Below are positions 50,435 to 54,633 of a stretch of 54,633 nucleotides of DNA, piece after piece. Below the pieces are notes generated by a model. The model did not search any database, was not told the DNA's origin, and worked only from the letters and a program-made list of their open reading frames with translations. The translations under genes were made by a program, and so were the position numbers. Position 1 is the first letter of the stretch. Every line of letters begins with the position of its first letter. This DNA is from Verrucomicrobiia bacterium (GTDB lineage: Bacteria > Verrucomicrobiota > Verrucomicrobiia > Chthoniobacterales > UBA6821), in the NCBI GenBank assembly GCA_026398175.1, contig JAPLTJ010000140.1, positions 1 to 54,633 of the forward strand, given 5' to 3'.

Positions 50435-51037
50435 GCTTCTTCCTCTAGTCTCCAGTCTCTAGCCTCTAGCCCCCCGCTCCGTCCCGCGCTTTTTTTTGAT
50501 CGTGATGGAACGTTGATGAAAGAAGTCGATCATTGCCATCGTCCTGAAGATGTTCATGCCATTGAGGGAGCTGCGGCATTCTTAGCAAAAACACGCGCGC
50601 TCGGCTGGCTGCACGTCATTATCACGAACCAGAGTGGGATTGGGCGCGGCTATTTTACAAAAACTGAATTTGATTCCGTTCAAGAAGAATTGCAGCGCCA
50701 GCTCAACGGACTGATCGATGGTGTTTACATGTCACCTGGCATGCCGGGCTCCAACTCCACCCGACGCAAACCGGCCCCTGGGATGATTTGGGAAGCCTCG
50801 CAAGACTTCAACATCGATCTGCCGCGCTCCTTCATGATTGGGGACCGCTCGAGTGACATTGAAGCTGGACGTGCGGCAGGATGCCGCACGATTTTAGTTT
50901 TGACCGGTTATGGAAAAGAGCATCGTGATTGCGGAGCCGATTTTATTGTTGAAGATGTGACCGAGGCGCTGGAGTGGATTTTAGAGGAAACTGAAGGAAT
51001 GGCCACAAAGAACACAAAGAAATCAAAGAAGAATTAA
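50429..51037 (+). CDS. gmhB: Heptose 1,7-bisphosphate phosphatase
   Basis: FDRDGTL, TNQSGIGRG, RKP.PGM, IGDR.SD. Confidence 0.9.
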   Translation: MNASSSSLQSLASSPPLRPALFFDRDGTLMKEVDHCHRPEDVHAIEGAAAFLAKTRALGWLHVIITNQSGIGRGYFTKTEFDSVQEELQRQLNGLIDGVYMSPGMPGSNSTRRKPAPGMIWEASQDFNIDLPRSFMIGDRSSDIEAGRAAGCRTILVLTGYGKEHRDCGADFIVEDVTEALEWILEETEGMATKNTKKSKKN

Positions 51038-51076
51038 AGGCAGTTTTTTCTTTGATTTCTTTGTGTTCTTTGTGGC
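51002..51076. repeat. Inverted 9-mer repeat element
   Basis: GCCACAAAGAACACAAAGAAATCAAAGAA / TTCTTTGATTTCTTTGTGTTCTTTGTGGC. Confidence 0.9.
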
Positions 51077-51100
51077 TAATTTTCTTTTTACTTTTCTGTT

Positions 51101-51883
51101 ATGAAGTCTCTCAAAAAATCAGCTTCTTCTGTCGCTCTCATCATCCCCGCGCGTTGGGGATCGACCCGCTTTCCCGGGAAACTCTTGCATCCGCTGGCCG
51201 GGAAGCCTTTGCTGCAGCATGTTTGGGAGCGATGTCAGAAGGCACGTACCATCGATCGGATCATCATTGCTACCGATGATCGACGAATCAAAGAAGTGGC
51301 GACGGCTTTTGGGGCCGAGGTTGTGATGACTTCCGTAAAGCATCAATCGGGAACCGACCGCATTGCTGAAGCGGTGCAAAAATTAGAAAAAAAAGGAACG
51401 TCAAATTTTTCTCACGTGATCAATGTGCAGGGAGATGAGCCGCTCATTGATGCGTGCCTCATTGATCGTCTTGCCAAAACAATGCTGCAAGATCCCGAGG
51501 TAGAGATGATCACCGCAGGGACGCCGCTCGGCGATGAGATTCATCGGAACGATCCCAATGTTGTTAAAGTTGTTCTCGATCAGAAAAAAAATGCGCTCTA
51601 CTTTTCGCGAAGCCTTATTCCTTACCATCGTGATCCTCACGATTCCAAGTCAGCCGTACAGCCGCTCTTGCACTTGGGAGTTTATGGTTTTCGAAAAGAC
51701 ATTTTAAAAAAATATGTCCGCTATCGCCCCTCTCCTCTCGAGCGTTGTGAAAAGCTAGAGCAGCTGCGAGCGCTCGAACATGGAATTAAAATTCGTGTTC
51801 TCTCCACAAGCCACCGCGCGCTCGGAGTCGATACGCCGGAGGATGCTAAGCGAATAGAGTCTTATTTTCATAAGACGTGTTAA
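51101..51883 (+). CDS. kdsB: CMP-Kdo synthetase
   Basis: IPAR.GSTRFPGK, SGTDRI, NVQGDEP, LEQLRALE. Confidence 0.96.
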   Translation: MKSLKKSASSVALIIPARWGSTRFPGKLLHPLAGKPLLQHVWERCQKARTIDRIIIATDDRRIKEVATAFGAEVVMTSVKHQSGTDRIAEAVQKLEKKGTSNFSHVINVQGDEPLIDACLIDRLAKTMLQDPEVEMITAGTPLGDEIHRNDPNVVKVVLDQKKNALYFSRSLIPYHRDPHDSKSAVQPLLHLGVYGFRKDILKKYVRYRPSPLERCEKLEQLRALEHGIKIRVLSTSHRALGVDTPEDAKRIESYFHKTC

Positions 51884-52857
51884 ACAACACGCTCATCAGG
51901 ATATTCTAAAAAAATGATGCCGCTTCGCCTGCGAGCATGAGCATCGCCACGTAAATTGACCTTTGCGGGGCCATCGAGGTTCAAGAGAGAGAGGACTCGT
52001 TCCACTTCCACAAAACTAACTTCAGAAAAACCGTGAGTGCGTAGCCAGGCGTGAACGACGCGGCGTTGCAGGGCGAGTGGCATGGCTGCGAGTTCCTGCG
52101 TCTTGAGTTCGGCCTGCTGTGCCTGTGGAGCTGCTAATGATTCCAAATATTCATCCTCTGCCGCCAAGATTGTAGCAGTGCGTGTGATCGCGTTGCGATA
52201 GCTTGGTCCAATGAGTTCGTCCAAGAGTGGCAGCACGCGGTTGCGGAGGCGGTTGCGTGTTGGAAGATGTGACTTGTTGGAGTCATCCTCTCGCCAAGTG
52301 AGTTGGTGTGAGGTTAGGAAGGAGATGAGTTCTTTTTTTGAAATGGCAAGGAGAGGCCTCGCAATCTCAAGGTCAACTCCATCAATCGTTCGCTGGCTCA
52401 CCGGCAGCATTCCAGCGAGGCCTGCAGAGCCGGTGCCTCGAAGAAAATGAAGAAAACAAGTCTCTACCTGATCATCGGCATGATGAGCGAGGAGCAATTT
52501 TTTAACGTTACGTTTTTGAGCGACCGCTGCAAAAAATTCATAGCGCGCCTCACGTGCCGCTGCCTCGAGCGAAAGCTTCTCACGCGTCGCGAGGGCCTGC
52601 ACGTCCTCCGTACCGAGTTCAAAAGGAAGTTGCAGCGACGTGGCTAAATTTTTTACAAACGTGGCATCGTCATCGGAATCAGCCCCACGCAACTGATGAT
52701 TGAAGTGGCAGAGGATCAAGTTGCGATAACCATTCTCCAACAGCAAGTGCAGCAAGGCCACCGAGTCAGCGCCGCCGGAGATGCCGATGAGAAGGGGTTC
52801 TTCGAGGGAAAGGTTTTGAAACATAAAAACATGATGATGGATTTTCAGCATCAACAT
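51880..52857 (-). CDS. tilS: tRNA(Ile)-lysidine synthase
   Basis: SGGADS, AHHADDQ.ET, RPLL, RNRLR. Probable start 52824. Confidence 0.95.
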   Translation of the reverse strand: MLMLKIHHHVFMFQNLSLEEPLLIGISGGADSVALLHLLLENGYRNLILCHFNHQLRGADSDDDATFVKNLATSLQLPFELGTEDVQALATREKLSLEAAAREARYEFFAAVAQKRNVKKLLLAHHADDQVETCFLHFLRGTGSAGLAGMLPVSQRTIDGVDLEIARPLLAISKKELISFLTSHQLTWREDDSNKSHLPTRNRLRNRVLPLLDELIGPSYRNAITRTATILAAEDEYLESLAAPQAQQAELKTQELAAMPLALQRRVVHAWLRTHGFSEVSFVEVERVLSLLNLDGPAKVNLRGDAHARRRSGIIFLEYPDERVV

Positions 52858-52873
52858 CCTCTATTCCCTAGAC

Positions 52874-53032
52874 GTCATTCCAGCGGACGCTGGAATCCAG
52901 ACGGCTGCCGATCTTTATTTTTGCTTTCGTAAAAGTGTTTTTCGATTCTCATCAGTCATTTTAAATTTTTTAACGCTACTGCTCTAATCTGAATTGACCT
53001 TCGCCTGGATTCCAGCGTTCGCTGGAATGACG
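52874..53032. repeat. Paired REP-like palindromes (GTCATTCC...GGAATCCAG type)
   Basis: CGTCATTCCAGCGGACGCTGGAATCCAG and inverted CTGGATTCCAGCGTTCGCTGGAATGACG. Confidence 0.88.
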
Positions 53033-53052
53033 GTAGTGTGGCTGAAGTTAAG

Positions 53053-54342
53053 CTAGTAGCAATTTCCTTTTAGTTCACAGCCTAATTCAGCAGCCCCGAA
53101 GTAAGGCTGGAGGACTTTTGGAATCAGAAGCGCGCCGCCGGGCTGGGTGTAGGTTTCGAGCAGTGCGACGTAAAGGCGTGGCAAGGCTGTTCCGGAGCCG
53201 TTGAGGGTGTGACAGAATTGATTTTTTCCATCAGCAGCTTTGTAGCGGAGATTCATCCGACGCGCCTGATAATCGCCAAAATGCGAGCAGCTCGAAACTT
53301 CGAGGAAGGCTTGTTGGCCAGGGGCCCAAACTTCGAGGTCAAAGGTGCGCGTGGCGTTGGCGCCGATATCACCGGCGCAGAGGTCGAGGACGCGATACGG
53401 AAGTTCGAGGAGTTGCAAAACCTTTTCTGCATCGTGCGTGAGCGAGAGAAGCTCTTCTTCGGCTGTCTCGGGATGCGCAATTTTAACGAGTTCGATTTTG
53501 TTGAACTGATGCATCCGAATAATGCCGCGTGTCTCACGTCCGGCAGAGCCAGCTTCACGGCGGAAGCAGGGAGTGCAGGCGGTGATTTTGAGAGGAAGTT
53601 CTTTTTCAGCGAGAATTTCTTCGCGATAAAAGTTAGTGAGTGAGACTTCTGCTGTTGGTGTGAGGAACATGGTCCCTTCATCAAAGCCATACATGTCTTC
53701 TTCAAATTTTGGCAATTGTCCTGTCCCAATCATGCAATCACGACGGACGAGGACAGGCATTCCCATTTCAGTGTAGCCATGTTGTTGCGTTTGCAAATCG
53801 AGGAGAAAGTTAATCAAGGCTCGCTCGAGGCGCGCTCCTTTTCCGGTGAAGCAGACATAGCCGCTCCCACTCAGCTTGGTGGCACGATCGAGATCGAAGA
53901 GGCCGAGGCGCTCACCAATGGCGATGTGACTCTCCCTTTTTTCATGAAGTGGTGTTCCCCAAGTGCGAATGGTTTTATTGTGATCAGCTGTGTCTCCATC
54001 AGGAATCGCAGGGTGCGGCATGTTGGGAAGACTCAACAATAGCTGGCGTTGTTTTGTTTCCAATTCTTCCGCAGCCACACGAAGCTGTTCCATCTCTGCC
54101 GCCAAATTTTTTACGTGAGCCTCCACCGAAGAAGAATCTTCTTTGAGACTCTTCATCATTCCAATTTCTTTGCTGAGGCGATTGCGATCGGCTTGAAGCG
54201 TCTGCAACTTTGTCTCTGCCTCACGGCGTTTGGTATCGCATGCTAAAATGGAATCCACTTGTTCGACGAGAGCTGGCGAACGGCGCGCTAATGCAGCTTT
54301 AACAGTGGTAGGATCTTTGCGGAGGAGTTGGATGTCGAGCAT
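53053..54342 (-). CDS. serS: Serine--tRNA ligase
   Basis: MLDI..LR, PTAEV, FRREAGS.GR, HQF.K.E, TLNGSG.A. Confidence 0.98.
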   Translation of the reverse strand: MLDIQLLRKDPTTVKAALARRSPALVEQVDSILACDTKRREAETKLQTLQADRNRLSKEIGMMKSLKEDSSSVEAHVKNLAAEMEQLRVAAEELETKQRQLLLSLPNMPHPAIPDGDTADHNKTIRTWGTPLHEKRESHIAIGERLGLFDLDRATKLSGSGYVCFTGKGARLERALINFLLDLQTQQHGYTEMGMPVLVRRDCMIGTGQLPKFEEDMYGFDEGTMFLTPTAEVSLTNFYREEILAEKELPLKITACTPCFRREAGSAGRETRGIIRMHQFNKIELVKIAHPETAEEELLSLTHDAEKVLQLLELPYRVLDLCAGDIGANATRTFDLEVWAPGQQAFLEVSSCSHFGDYQARRMNLRYKAADGKNQFCHTLNGSGTALPRLYVALLETYTQPGGALLIPKVLQPYFGAAELGCELKGNCY

Positions 54343-54420
54343 GGGAAAAAAGTTTAAATGGAAATTGTTTTTGAAAATGAATATTTCATTTTTGTTTACT
54401 GCTCACTTCAGCTACAGACA

Positions 54421-54493
54421 AAGTAAAGGGTAAAGAGTAAAGGGTGAAGAGTATTTTCCAATTGTAAATTAAATCAACATTTCGGAATTCACA
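54421..54493. repeat. Truncated heptamer-arm element
   Basis: Left arm and spacer resemble the 46539 copy; ends at the IS-like terminus. Confidence 0.75.
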
Positions 54494-54633
54494 TCGCCGT
54501 TTCAAAAGTGAAGTGCAACACTCTGCTCTGAAAAGCTAGCATTATGGGTTACTCAAAGGTGTGTTACTTTTTGTTAGGTTAGACTTGAGGGTAGGAACAG
54601 GAAAGCGAGCAGGCAAGGAAGAATTAGATGGCA
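54494..54633. mobile_element. End of a repeated element (IS30-like terminus), right inverted copy
   Basis: Exact reverse complement of 1-139. Confidence 0.6.

Noticed and set aside
5560-54433. Many antisense or overlapping ORFs (e.g. 5560-6162, 11151-11666, 41247-41858, 43788-44291, 49340-49942)
   Set aside because: Shadows of well-supported genes with no recognisable motifs.
140-54493. CRISPR arrays among the repeats
   Set aside because: No regularly spaced identical repeats with unique spacers, and no cas genes.
1-54633. Linear plasmid or phage with terminal inverted repeats
   Set aside because: Content is core chromosomal, with no replication, terminal-protein or phage genes. A repeat-induced contig break explains the ends.
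54545-54633. Transposase start MGYSK... inside the terminal repeat
   Set aside because: The frame closes after 12 codons, so no coding call is supportable.

Overview
Bacterial chromosomal segment. Gene style and content suggest a host-associated Verrucomicrobiota (Chthoniobacterales-like) organism; this taxonomy is inference only. Most of the window is intact housekeeping genes (panD, tadA, priA, glgB, glnD, mnmG, lpdA, folB, hemQ, ispE, purSQL, phoH, hldA, gmhB, kdsB, tilS, serS). Accessory content includes two toxin-antitoxin pairs, sugar and amino-acid uptake genes, two tandem secreted glycoside hydrolases, two CesT-type T3SS chaperones and several effector-like orphans. Main observations: (1) the two window ends are one perfect 139-bp inverted repeat, probably an IS30-like end; (2) a probable oriC region lies near 30 kb (AT valley, DnaA-box-like 9-mers, a parS site inside mnmG); (3) palindromic MITE/REP elements sit in frame inside ispE (twice) and glgB; (4) many 7-, 8- and 9-mer repeat elements lie at gene junctions and encode protein termini; (5) three effector-like genes are each broken by an in-frame TAA/TAG while no housekeeping gene is. 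No rRNA, tRNA or CRISPR array was seen.
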